From: the human T2T-CHM13v2.0 reference genome, Homo sapiens | Length of the DNA stretch: 64,000 nt | Direction: 5' to 3' (one strand) | NCBI RefSeq assembly: GCF_009914755.1 | Contig: NC_060931.1 | Part shown: piece by piece, positions 15,900-34,777 of the stretch | Layout of the letters: each line of letters opens with the position of its first letter | How positions within the stretch are numbered: position 1 is the stretch's first letter | Translations under genes and position numbers: made by a program | Notes under the pieces: model-generated | Database searches by the model: none | What the model was told of the DNA's origin: nothing | The model's input: only the letters and a program-made list of their open reading frames with translations

Positions 15900-16145
15900 C
15901 AATAGCACAATGGAAAAAGCATAGAACCTGGAATTAAGAGCCTGAGGTCAAGTTCTGGCTTTCCGGCTTCCTGGCTGCATGATCTCTGATAAGCTGCTTA
16001 ACCTCTGTGAGGCTCAGACCTTTCTTCTATAGATTAGGTTGACATTAATATTCTTTTCATTGAATTATTGAGAAGATAAAATAAAATATTCTACATAAAA
16101 ATCCTATGTAAAGCTTAATGTAGAGAACAAATGTTAGTTATCATT
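15900..16145 (+). mobile_element. MIR
   Basis: agcatagaacctggaatt...cttaacctctgtgaggctcag motifs. Confidence 0.65.
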
Positions 16146-16342
16146 ATTATAGTAGTGGTAGCAACATTGGCCCTTTTGTATGATACCTAGGGTTTGTGGC
16201 AGCATTTGTATAATCCTTCCTGCTTATTTTCTTAATCTTCCATAAAAGCAAAAAATTATTCTTCTAAAATTTTATCTAATTAAAATAAGTTTTTTATTTT
16301 ATGCAGTTACATTTTCAATATATATTTTAAAAGTACATTAGT

Positions 16343-16675
<333 letters not shown>

Positions 16676-16789
16676 TTAATAATTATTGATACAGTTGATT
16701 TTTTAAAATTCCAACTTCTTGAGTAGATGAACACTAAGTAGAGCAGAATATAACATATTGAAATGATGTTTATAAGACCTTGTTTGGTT

Positions 16790-17760
16790 GGAGTAAAGAT
16801 GCTGGGAGTAGGGATGTTTACTAAGATGACAAGGATCTGGACCAAGGTGGGAAATTGAAAAGTTACAATGAAGAGAGGACAAGCTTAGTAACAAGATTAA
16901 ATGGAGATGATAAAAGAGAAATGTTAAATTTGTAGGATATCAAGCTTGATTACCTGGAGGATAGCAATACTAGCAATAAAAAAGGGTCACTTGAAAGCAT
17001 AAGCTATTTTGATAAGGGAATATAGCCCAAGAAATTGACTTTTGTTACAGACATGTTGATATTTGACATAATGTTGGCAGAATATTCTTAAAAGCACTTG
17101 GAAATATGGAATCATACATCGAAGTAAAGATCAAAGGTGAAGATGTAGCTTTGAGTGTGATGAGATAACAAATAATGGTCATGGCTAATGATGACTTACC
17201 ATGTGACAGGGATTGTTCTCAGTGCCTTCTAAGTGCTAACTCATTTGATTTTTACCTCAACTAGTATATCAAATTTACTGATGAGAAACCAAAGAGCTGC
17301 CAAATAACTCACCTTACATTACACAGCTAATAAGTAGCTAAGCTGGGATGACAATGGATGAGCTCCTTCAGGAAATAAAATAGAGAAAGAAAAACAGAAG
17401 ATGGAGTGAGAAGCAATCCCCATGGTCAGTAGAAAGATGAAAAAGAAACCAGATCCCAGGAGCAGTGGGGAGGCTGGAAAAGAGGAACAGTTGAGCAATG
17501 CCATAGAACAAGGGAAGGCAGAATTTCAAGGAGAATTGTGTGGTCCATATCATTAAATACTTCAGAAAATTCAAGAGCAATGACTCGAAGTCTCTGCATT
17601 TGGCAGTACTGACGAGACAAGAGTCTGGGTAAAGAGGTGTTTCAGAATCCAGACTACAGAGGATCAAGGGGATGGATCTAAAGAGAGGGAAGTAGTAGGG
17701 ACAGAATAATTTTTCATGGCATTTTCCTGTGAAAAAGAGAATGATAGTATAAAGAAACAA
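16790..17760 (-). mobile_element. L2 remnant (with a MIR piece near 17170-17330)
   Basis: Purine-rich reverse L2 motifs (gaatttcaaggagaa, ctctgcatttggcag). Confidence 0.55.
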
Positions 17761-17961
17761 AAGAAACAACTGAAGCTTTTAAAATTAGAATGTCATCTGA
17801 TGCATGAGAACATGTCAACGTGGTCATCTTTTCTTGATTATAACTCTAGATCAATAGAGATAAAATATCTTTGTAAGTGCTCACATACTGATAAAACATT
17901 TAGACTTTGTCTTTTTAATTAAAAACATTAATATGCAAACTTATGACACTTTCACAAATTC

Positions 17962-18255
17962 TTTTTTTTTTTTTTTGAGACAGGATCTTGCTGTGTCATC
18001 CAGGCTGGAGTGCAGTGGCATGATCTAGGCTCACTGCAACCTCTGCCTCCCGGATTGAAGTGATTCTCCTGACTCAGCCTCCCTAGTAGCTGGGATTACA
18101 GGTGCGCGCCACCACGCCTGGCTAATTTTTGTATTTTTAGTAGAGACGGGGTTTCACCATGTTGGCCAGGTTGGTCTCCAATTCCTGACCTCAAGTGATC
18201 TGCCGGCCGGCCTCCCAAAGTGCTGGGATTACAGGCATAAACCACTGCACCTGGT
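17962..18255 (-). mobile_element. Alu (AluSx-like)
   Basis: Full reverse dimer; TSD acaaattctt. Confidence 0.94.
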
Positions 18256-18589
18256 GACAAATTCTTAATCTGTTAAAGGAACAGAAGGGACCTATTAATC
18301 TAAATACGATTTTACATGAAATGGGCATTTATATATTGGAAAGCAAAGCAAATTTGGTTGAATGGAGGCTGTGGAAAAAAACTTCATGCCAAAAAAAGTT
18401 GTTTTATTTTGAAACATTTTTTTTTCTACATATAAATTAATATATAGTAACATTTAATTTAAATAGGAAAAATTAGGGTCAAAATGAAATTTACATATTT
18501 TAAGAATGAACATCAAACCTAAACTTCTTATGTAGCAGAGACATCCAGTTCTGCAATGAGTATAGGCGAACTGTAAATTTTAGCTACCG

Positions 18590-19550
18590 CAAAAAGTATC
18601 ATAAAAACTTATTTAGAAATAATCAACAGGCAATATATAGAATGGGATAATTTGCAAACTATGCATCTGACAAGGGACTAATATCCAGAATCTACAAGGA
18701 ACTCAAACAACTCCACAAGAAAAAAATAAATAGCCCCATAAAGACGAGAATAAACATTTTTCAAAATAAGACATACAAATGGCTAACAACATGAAAACAC
18801 TCTCAATGTCACTAATAATCAGGGAAATGCAAATGTTGGTGAAGACATGGAGAAAACGAAATGCTTATACACTGCTGGTGGGAATGTCAATTAGTTCAAC
18901 TTCTATGGAAAGCAGTTTGGAGATTTCTCAAATAACTTAAAATAGAACCGCCATTCCATCCAGCAATCCCACTCAAGGGTATATACCCAAAGGGAAATAT
19001 TATATCAAAAAGATACCTGCATACATATATATTGTATATATATACACATATACAATCCCACTCCTGGGTATATACCCAAAGGAAAATATTATATCAAAAA
19101 GATATCTGCATATATATATATATTTTATATATATGTGTATATAGATATATGTATATACACACACACACACACATCGCATAGAATACCACTCAGCCATAAA
19201 AATGAATGAAATCATAAAAAAGAGCGAAATCATGTCTTTTGCAGTGACATGGATGGAACTGGAGGTCCTTAAGTGAAAACTCAGAAAGTCAAATACTACA
19301 TGTTCTGACTTATAAGTGGGAGCTAAACAATGTGCACACATGGACTTAGAAAGTGTAATGGTAGATAATAGAGACTCAGAAAGGTGGGAGCATTAGAGTG
19401 TGGTGAAGGATGACAAATTACCTAATGAATACCATGTACACTATTCAGGTAATGGTTACACCAGAAGCCCGGATTTCACCACTGCAATATATCTATGTAA
19501 CAAAATTGTACTTGTATCCCCTAAATATATAAAAATAAAAAATAAAAAAA
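18590..19550 (+). mobile_element. L1PB/L1MA 3' fragment with internal deletions and an 89-bp-period duplication
   Basis: tatgcatctgacaagggactaatatccagaatctacaaggaactc...ttgtatcccctaaatatataaaaataaaa. Confidence 0.85.
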
Positions 19551-22500
19551 TTTCATCTTGGAGGAAAAATGACATTAACTGTACTGGAAAGTGAAACAAA
19601 GCTTAATGACATAAAAAAATTCAAATTCTATCATTGTGGTTGTCAGTTCAAAACATCAAAATGCATTTTCCAATTTGAATAATAAAGAATAGAAACAATG
19701 ATACCAACACAAAATATTAAAATCTAAGTATGTGTGTAAAAACAGTTACAAACATTAGAAAGAAGAAGAGAAAAATATTTTTTTTGATATATAGAAATAG
19801 GTACTTTGCTATTGGTACAAAAAAAAAAGTCAAGAAATTTATGGAAGGGGAAGTATTCTTGTCTGTGTATTATTAAGCTCAATGGCCAGTAGCACATTTT
19901 GTTTACTTTTTTGCTCTTAAAACTATATCTGCTAAGCAACATTTCTTTTCAGAGACGGAAAAAAAATCATATGCTTATTTGCTATTTAATAGATTTAAGT
20001 TCCTCGGATACTACAATGACTTTTTAAAATGACTTAAAAATTATTGTATTTATGATTTAAAATGAATTATAGGAAGAAAGTTTTGAAACTGGGAAACATG
20101 AGTTAAAGTTATGGGTGCCCTGGGGACTTAAGTTAAAATGGAGACATGAATTAACCTATACTAAGTTAACCCACACTAAGATGCTGTTCACTTTGAAAGA
20201 CCTCTCATTCTCCATTTGCATTAAAAAGATTAATCAAACATAACGTTTCTGTACGATTTATCATGGAGCCAAAGGATTGGTTCCTTGAATACAAAGATAG
20301 ATTGATTTTATAAGTGCCTAATCTTTAAATAAGACTGTAATGGACTCACACTGCATTAAATGGCATTAGCCCAGAAGAAGGCCTGGGTAGCTCAAGAGCC
20401 ATATACTATTTTGTTTGATAGCATATATTTTATATGATATACTCATAGGACACAATGCAGATTAAGTATTTATTAATGCCTCTTTATTGCTTTTTCATGA
20501 CTTCCAGTGGATATAAAAATGATGCCTTACAGCTCTCTAAAAGAGGATAAAACAAATTATATTATGGGATGAAAAAGGAAGTTTGTAAGACAGATAATTT
20601 GCTGAGGAATTATCATGCTATCCTGAAAGGAAGAGGGCATGGAAAAAGATGACTGACTTATAAGAGGGCATGGAAAAAGATGGACTTCACTTATAATACA
20701 AACTGCCCACATCCTAGCCCTAAGGAGCAATGATCCAGAACTTTGAAACTTTAGCATTGGCTCTATTAGTAACAGTTTAAGAGTGTTAACCAGGGGCATG
20801 TGCACACATGGCCCCTGGGGCCTCTGAGTTGATTGTTTTTCAGCCTATTACTTTTTGTTCAGTAACTTTAACCATCATTCTTTGCTCAATTATAATAATT
20901 GTGGAGTATACTCAAATCACGCTCCAGGATAATTAAACATTATATGTTGTTGTTATGCTTTTGATTGTGTTGTTTCTTGTATATATTCATGAGAAGTTAT
21001 AAAATTAGCTGACCATACCTTTGTTGGCACTTGTGTTTTGACTCTATTCGATTGTATTCAATTGATTGTGGTTGTTTCTATTAGAGGATAGGACACGGAT
21101 ATCAGAGTTAACTGTTGGGTATACCCCTTTATTACGGGTGGACTTTATCCAGTTTGCAGATAGGACATGCTATAGAAAGGTCACAGTTTTATACTGGCTA
21201 GACCAATATTTGTAATTTTGTGGTTCACAACTGTCCATTTGTATAACTTTAGAGCTGGAGAAGATCTGAGACCTACTGTCACATTTTTTGGCAATAGGTC
21301 TGTAAGGAAGAAGTCACTTTTCCAAGTTTCCAAATGTCCTAGTTACCACCTCATGTTGACTCCCACTTGGAATTAAGTGTTTTGCATTTTGATTTCATAC
21401 AGCTTAGGGACATCAGTAAGCAATATGACCTGGTATTAAGTGAGAGACATCACTTGGGCTCAGGACGTCTGTGGGCCAGAGGGTTAACTCATGTTCAAAA
21501 TGAATCACACTAACTGGCATATACTTGGCAGGGTTTCACATTTTGCCATTTTCCCAGAAATAAGAATTGATGATGGAGTTCATACATCCTGTAATTCCTT
21601 TTATTTCTTATAAGTGCTGCTGTCTATAGAATTTAGTCATGCTATTCACATTGAGTTCTTCCTTGGAGGGTTTTAAACACGGATCAGGGGTATTATTACT
21701 AGTCCACTGAGCCCAACTAAATCATATAGCTCCTTGTTCGCATACACCCATCAATAATTATAGGCTTAGAGAAGACTGAACATTATGCCAGAAACTCATT
21801 TTAAAGAGTATTATCATTCTCAGCCAATTAGATCAGAATCTATTATATTCAGAATTGCAAACTGTTCAAATAAGAATTAAATGTATAGTAAGAGGCTAAA
21901 ACATTATCTTCAAAATTAGAGCTTCTTTACTGTTCCATTTCAACCTCGTTTGTCTCTATTCATTTCTATTTTATAGGTAGTAAGTTTCTACCTTTAGAAT
22001 TCATTTGCAGGTGTATAAACATGTTCTTCATTTACAGGAAGAACTGTGGTCATCTTTGTCTCTCGGTCATTTTCTTTCTCAGTATTGATTTGCTTTGCTT
22101 CAACAATTTCCTATACTTTCTCTGGCTTACTCCAAAACATATTCTTCCTTTAAACCTTTTCATGATGGAAGATTTGCCATTTTCTCAATCCATCGGGAGT
22201 CTCTGGGTTTGGGCACTTCTTCAAATATATCCCAGAGTCCACTGGGAAGTGTCTTAGCTGTCCGTCTGTGAGTGACAGAGAATGATCTATGATACTTTGC
22301 TGTCTCTTTTACAAAGTGTCCTTTTATCCCCTGCAGCTACTACTTTAAATGAAAGTGCTTTCAGATGTAAAGGTGTCACTCAATATTTTTCAAGGTGCAT
22401 TGCAAACAATGAATAAAGATGTGTGTATTCTTTTCTCTTTCATCAAATTTTAGCCCAGTAATAAAACTGGGTGTATATAAATAAGAATTCATTATTTACA

Positions 22501-23714
22501 CTGCATTTTAGTGCTGATACAGATACAGTGAGTTCCTGCCCTTTCCTCTCCTTTATATTGAAGGGATTATAAATGAAGCTCTTTAAACATTCTGAGATCT
22601 TTAAGTTGATTTCTACATGAACTCCAAGTGGTGTTAATGACATTTTCAGAAAAGATGCTTTACTTAGCTGACAAGAAAAAGTACTCTGTAAGCCTTTATT
22701 TGTATGTGATAAAACAGAGTTGATAAAATAATCTACTATTAACTTATCAATGCAGTCTTACAGAATCCACCTATTACAAAGTAGATAATTTTGTTTTCTT
22801 TCCTTTTGTTTCAGTAGAAACTGTCAATTAAAATCAATAAAGTTCTAGAAAAAGCCATGGTAAACTTGGTTACAAACCAAGAGAGAGTCAACTAAGGTGA
22901 AGAAAATGTGAAACTCTTTATTAAGCACTTGAGAAGCACTTAAATTATAACCCTAGAGTGAGTAAATACTGTTCAATCCTTACAGATTTTATAAACTATA
23001 TAGGACAGCAGATGAGCAATCAGGGATTCTGGCCCATGAGCTGATAAACCATGAATCTTTGAGCTTTGCCAAGTGTTTTTTTCTCTTTACTTACAAATTA
23101 GGTAAATTAATATTTTCCCTACCCTTGCTTCACCCGTGATTCTCTAAGGAACACAGTTAACACATCTTAAACATTTTGAGACACTCCTGAAAGTTCTATA
23201 TATGAATTATTTGCTTATTTCCCAAATGGCACAACACATCTATTTTCCCATAAAAACTGTCAGCCCTCTTGGAATTGAATAGCGCTGCATAAAACAACTA
23301 TTGCATATTGATTTTTTCTTTTGCATTTATTCAGGCTGATTCCCCATTCCATAGGTTAGTGGCTTAGCTATTATACTCTCATAAAAAGAAGAACTTCTTG
23401 AGTATTGAGTGAGAATTCATTTGTTCTTTTTGCCTTTTTCTCACCCTCTTCTGAGGAATTTTCACTCCACTGAGCTTTCAGAAGATGTATTATTATATCC
23501 CACCAATCAAGAACAGGAGAATATGGATGATTAAATACCAACAGTGTACTGTTTCTGTACTAAACACAGAATTAGCCATTGGCCTCCACCTAATGAATCT
23601 ATAATCTAATTAGACAGCTTGACAACCCCAAGAAGGGAAACGATAAGAATGCGCATCAGCATAGTAGGTTAAATGGAGAAAGTGGCATATTAAGATACGT
23701 AAGAAGGTAAAATT

Positions 23715-28954
<5,240 letters not shown>

Positions 28955-30316
28955 TTAGGTGAACTAAATCTAAACTTATGATGAAAATGTGTTGTTAAAG
29001 TTGTATATGAATATTAGTAACTCAGAGTCTTAAGTTGTCCTGTCTTTGGAGTTTCGACCCTAAGGAAATATATACATATATATATGTTTCAGTTTTCTGG
29101 TATGACACTGAAAGGTGAAGAATGCTGCCTTGTTATCTTATAACTGACTTGGAAGTCCTATAAAGAAAAATATCAAAAATATTGAGCATTTTCTCATCTA
29201 AAAATAAATATGTGTTCATCCAATGAAGAGAAATAAAAACGTCTATGGAAGAAAAAAAAAAAAAGGTAAAATTACCAAAAAAAAATTTACATTTGAAGAA
29301 GGTTTTGCAGTTTCCAAAATGTTTGTTTAGTCACTTCTTTATACTGTACTATGATCCCAGAGGTTTTCTAGGCAAGAATATCAAGTATATACTTGGGTCT
29401 GAGGCATCAACAGACTATAATGCAATGTCTTGGTATTGAACTACAAGAAATATCTTTCTGTGATTAATTTTCCTCATAAAACCGAGGACCTCATTCCTTC
29501 AGCATCTCAGCAATGTGAGCAAAGGACATTCATACTTCTTTCCTTCAATTAAAAAAGATATGGTATGTTTGGATTGGCATAAAATTCTATGTTGTCTTGA
29601 GAAGACATCAACCCTCTTTGGATCACTTCTTAGGTAACACTACATTCTTTCATTTATCACATGCTTGAAACAAAACAAGGGTCCTAAAGCTCTTACCTGG
29701 GGGAGATAGTTTGGAATTAGAAGCCTCAGAGACCAGCCCTGGAATCCTGCTTCATTGCCTTGGAATCCTGCTTCATTACGCTTAGTCTAACTAGTTAGGT
29801 TTAATTTTTATGGTCATAGTTTTTTTTGTGTTTGTTTGTTCCCCCCGGCCCCATAGAACCTAGTTTCATTTTAACATCAACAATCAAGTGAAATCTTCTT
29901 GTAATTCTAAAATTGTGCTTAATTTGGTAATCTAAATGACATAAAAATTATTGCATAGTTCTTATTCTGAGGAGCTTTGAAACACCTTTAACTTAGTACT
30001 TCTTAACAACAAATGATACTCACTTATTGATTAAAAATGTAAAGTGACTTCTGGATATATTTGCTGGCTTTTTTCCTCTGAAATCAATGAGGGTTGGGAG
30101 CAAAAACCTGGGGCATATAGCAGGGAAATAAACCCATGCTGGTATGAAATTTCTATACGTTCTGTGTATTGATCTTGAAATTTTCTTTTTAGCTAACCAG
30201 AGTATTTGGATATACAGACAAGGGTATATTAGTAAAAAGGGAATGGACTTTTATCTCTTATCTAAAACTTTCCCTCAATGTGTGTTTTTATTTAAAAAAT
30301 GGAGCAAAATAATTGA

Positions 30317-30411
30317 CACACTACACTACACTACACTACACTACACACTACACTACACTACACACTACACTACACTACACTACACTACACTACACTACAC
30401 TACACTACACT
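30317..30411. repeat. (ACACT)n pentanucleotide microsatellite with CA interruptions
   Basis: Directly visible ctacactacactacac... array of about 95 bp. Confidence 0.97.
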
Positions 30412-30599
30412 TTAGAAGCCTGACTGAGGGGGAAAAAAAAAACAGAAGGCTGGTGGAGAGTGAGAATTTTATCACACTTTAGAGATGGGACTTAAGGAAT
30501 CATATGGTTCATCCACCAACCAGAGCCTGAGAGGCAATTACTGAGACTCGTATTAAACCTCCAGTTTAGTCGTGTTGACTGTTCTCCTGGAAGGTAGAA

Positions 30600-30810
30600 C
30601 AGCACAGTAGTCAAGACAGGTTTGGATCCCAGGCTTATTGCACACTGCTGGTGTGATCTTGAGCTAGTTTCTTACCTTTCCTAAACTTCAGTTCTTTATT
30701 TGTAAAATAATTATACCTATCCTACAGGGTTATCACAAAAATTAAATTAGATATTATATATTAAGAATGTGGCACAATGTCAATATAACTCTCAGTGAAT
30801 GAGTGTTATT
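30600..30810 (+). mobile_element. MIR
   Basis: gtgtgatcttgagctagtttctt...cagttctttatttgtaaaat...cctacagggtt. Confidence 0.7.
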
Positions 30811-30875
30811 ATTAGATAACCCATTCCATTGTAAGGTAGCTCTGTTATTAAGCTATTTTTTAAAATAATGAATCT

Positions 30876-31310
<435 letters not shown>

Positions 31311-34300
31311 CTATTTCATGTCTGAAGCACTTTGCATTCTTTATGTTGTAGACTTCAGCATATATACTTATTATCCCACTGTACCCCTAAGAGTATAGGC
31401 TAAATGAATCCTATTGCTATCATTACTTCCTGAAAAGAACCAAAAAGGGAATCATAAAACACTCAACAAAGAAAATATAGCTATGAAACTGAGAACCAAT
31501 TTGTCTTTGATGGGAGACAGTTTATAGATGCTGAATCTTCCAGACAAACTTTACAGCCTTGTTCACATACTACCTGACCTAACCTTATTCCTTATGACTT
31601 AAGAGATATTAAAGCACCTTAATTAGGTGAAAGTGATGTAATGCCTGCTCCTCCTTCTACTATCATAGTCTTCCCTAGTTGCTCCAGCTTGAAACTCAAA
31701 CAAGCAAACATACTTGACTCGTTCTCCACCCCTCTCTTCTATGCAGACAAGAGGGAACACTAATTCTATGGTCCAGATATTTGTCCTTTCATTCCTGTTT
31801 TTCTTCTCATGGTTGTTAGAGCTGACATTTCCAATAGGTAGATGACCAGCATACAGCAAACTAGCAGCAAAGAAACCAATGCATTAAGAACCAGGACCCC
31901 ACTCTCATCCTGCCCTGTGATCACCTGCTACTTCTTCCCACTGACCCAACCCAAGTGGAAGCCACAGGGCAAGGGAGCCCATTGGTGCAGTGAATAAAGA
32001 GAACTAGAAGGGAGGAGTCTGGAGAGGAAGATGAACTTGATTCCACACATTTCTTAACTTCTTTTCTGACTTCTGTTTCTCTCTCTCTCCAGAGGTATCT
32101 TTTGATCAAAATCATTTTGAATGTTACATGTTTGATCATGTTGCTCCCCTACTTTTATAATCTTTCCATTCCTCTTAAGCAGACTTTATAGTTTCCTCCT
32201 GATCAACCTCCTGGCAGCCTTTCACCTTAAGTTCTGTTTCCACTTTCCTTCTCTGTTGTCTCCTAGGCTTCAGGCATAACAGACAAGCTGATGGTTCTCC
32301 ATGTCTCCCAGATTTAGAGACTCCCAAGGACCACATTGCTTTCATCTTATAAGAAGAGATTGTACCTGACGTAGCCCCAGGCTCATAGTAAATGCTCCAC
32401 ATGTGCCTGCTGAATAAAGGGATGTCTGCACTTTTGCACACAATATTCTCTGAACCTGGATTGCCTAATAAATTCTTAATTTCCCTTCCGTCTCTGAATC
32501 ATACTTCTGTGAAATCCACCCTGATCTCTCCACATGACATCTCCTCTTATGAGAGACTCATTCCTCTGTCCTTGCTCTGCAGTCTGTACACATCTCTTTT
32601 AGCACTTATCTCCAGGTGCCCTTTTAAATTACTCACATTCCTCTGTGGCTTTACCAGACTGTACATTCCTTTATGGCAGAGACTGGTATTACACATCCAC
32701 AGATCCCCAGGACCTGAAAGGATGCCTGATGCATGGTGGGTACTCAATGCACATGCAACCTGTTTACTGAGGAAAATGGACTCGATCCCACTCATTTCTT
32801 CTTCTCTGGCTTCTGTTTGTTTCAGAACGACAGAAGGGGAGGTGGAAGAGGTATAAAAATATAAGATAGTATTTTTTACCAATTACTACTTTCATTCCTT
32901 TTCCCCATTCCTTAATGATATCTTGGGAAGATTATTAACTTTTAAGTAACTTTTTGCTATAATATATTCAGTCTCATTAAAGCCCCAACACCAAACTTGA
33001 TTTAAATCACTTTCCTTCCTCCTCCGTGGAGAGGTATGGTCTGCCTCTGAATCACTGCCTTTCCCCTCCCTTCATTCTTCAAGGTCTAGTTCTTCCAGTG
33101 TGTTAGGGGCAGAGAGGAAGATCTTTCTCTCTCTCTCTTTAACTGGTTGCAATTGTATGCTTTTTTATGTTGGCTGTGGCTGCTTGTCTGGTGAATGGTA
33201 ACTGGCTGGCATCCAGTGGCTGGCTCTTTTGTAGGATGGATCTGTGCATTCTTCCTCCGGCCAGTGTAATATTTGGCTCAAGCTTGACCTCTTTCACCTC
33301 TGTCAGCTCCTGCCACATTGGAGCACTGCCCAGTCTGTTGACACTGGGTATTCCTTGCCCAGCAGGCAGCTCTCTTGAGTGGAGGGTAGAAGACAGCTGG
33401 CTCAAGTCAGGCTCTATTCTCCATGGCCACTTCAACCATAGAAATCTCACATAGCAACCTCATGCCAAATACTGAGTTGCGATGGCTTCATTGCCATGTC
33501 TTCTGTCTCTCCTGCCATCTCTCTCCAATTCACTTCTTTCCTGTTATGACTGGCAAAGGAAGCGAGTCCACTGCCTGAGCAGATGTCCAATTTGGAAACC
33601 TGATCTCCATCTTCTCTTCTTACAGGCTACCCCAATTTCAATGAGTGATTCTCCTGTAGCCTCCCCTTTCTTTTTCACGCAGATGGTTGTGTTACCTCTC
33701 AAACACAAATCCCACATAAGAAAAATCTACCCTGAAGATTCTGTTTTCCCCTCTTCAGCTTCTGTTTATGGAGGCTAGGGTGAGAGGAGAGGGTTTGATT
33801 ATAGTAGGGGAGCCCCCACAGTAGCACTGAGGTAGGTTTTTGGGTCCTGGAGTCAATTCTATGAAAAATACCACTCAATATCCCCTGATAAGGTTTGCTG
33901 AATAAATGAATGAGCAAGTGGATGCATCTATCTTGAATAGTTGATAATAGATGGGAATACTGATGCTGTGCAATAAGGGGCTAGGTGGATTGTAAAACAG
34001 AACAAGATTAGTCGATGACAGAAATCAGATGTAAGCCCTGGACTTCTGACTCAGGGCTAAGTGCCCCAGCCTGCCATCTTTGTATAACCTCTGCTTGTCT
34101 CAGCAAGACATGTAGTCATAACATTAATTAATAATGCCACTCCACACATCAATAAGAGCCTTGGAAATTTACCATGAAAAATCAGTTTTGTACTTTTTAG
34201 AATTTGCAGCTCTGAATAGGGAGGAAAATGTCATTTCTGCCAGAGGCACAGCATCTTGTTCAGCTCTTATGTAAACTCACTGTCAGGCAATCCTAGAAAC

Positions 34301-34696
34301 TGCCTCCACTTGCCTCTGGGCAAAATGTCTCCTTTTCTTAGAAAAATGTCACCTTTTCTCGAGGAAATGGCAGGTGGTTATTTTTTTTCCAAAGGAAAAA
34401 TGACCTTTGCATTTTGTTAAAAAAAACCCAAAAACCCCTCAAGGACTTACGCCTTGATGAAAACACTGAAAACAATTCCATATCTTTTACTTTGTACTTG
34501 AGGTTCTACTCTGTAAGTTTTGAGATTACATCTGTCACCACTGATGTAGCCTGTAGGCAAATGTCAGTGACCAGAAATACTGAGTTAAATATATAGGATA
34601 TATTTAAGGATATAAGATGCCAGAAAATCCTGGCATCTTGTTTTCCAGGAATGTTCAACGGATGCTTATATCTCAGCTCTTGTTGCTCCCAGCTCT

Positions 34697-34699
<3 letters not shown>

Positions 34700-34757
<58 letters not shown>

Positions 34758-34777
34758 CTCTCTCTCTCTCTCTCTCT
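34700..34777. repeat. Compound (CA)n(CT)n microsatellite
   Basis: Long pure CA run followed by a CT run. Confidence 0.97.

Noticed and set aside
30144-30482. ORF with repeated LHYTT units
   Set aside because: Translation of the (ACACT)n microsatellite.
32392-32882. Overlapping 154-aa and 111-aa ORFs
   Set aside because: No recognisable domain or splice context; overlaps L2-like decayed sequence.
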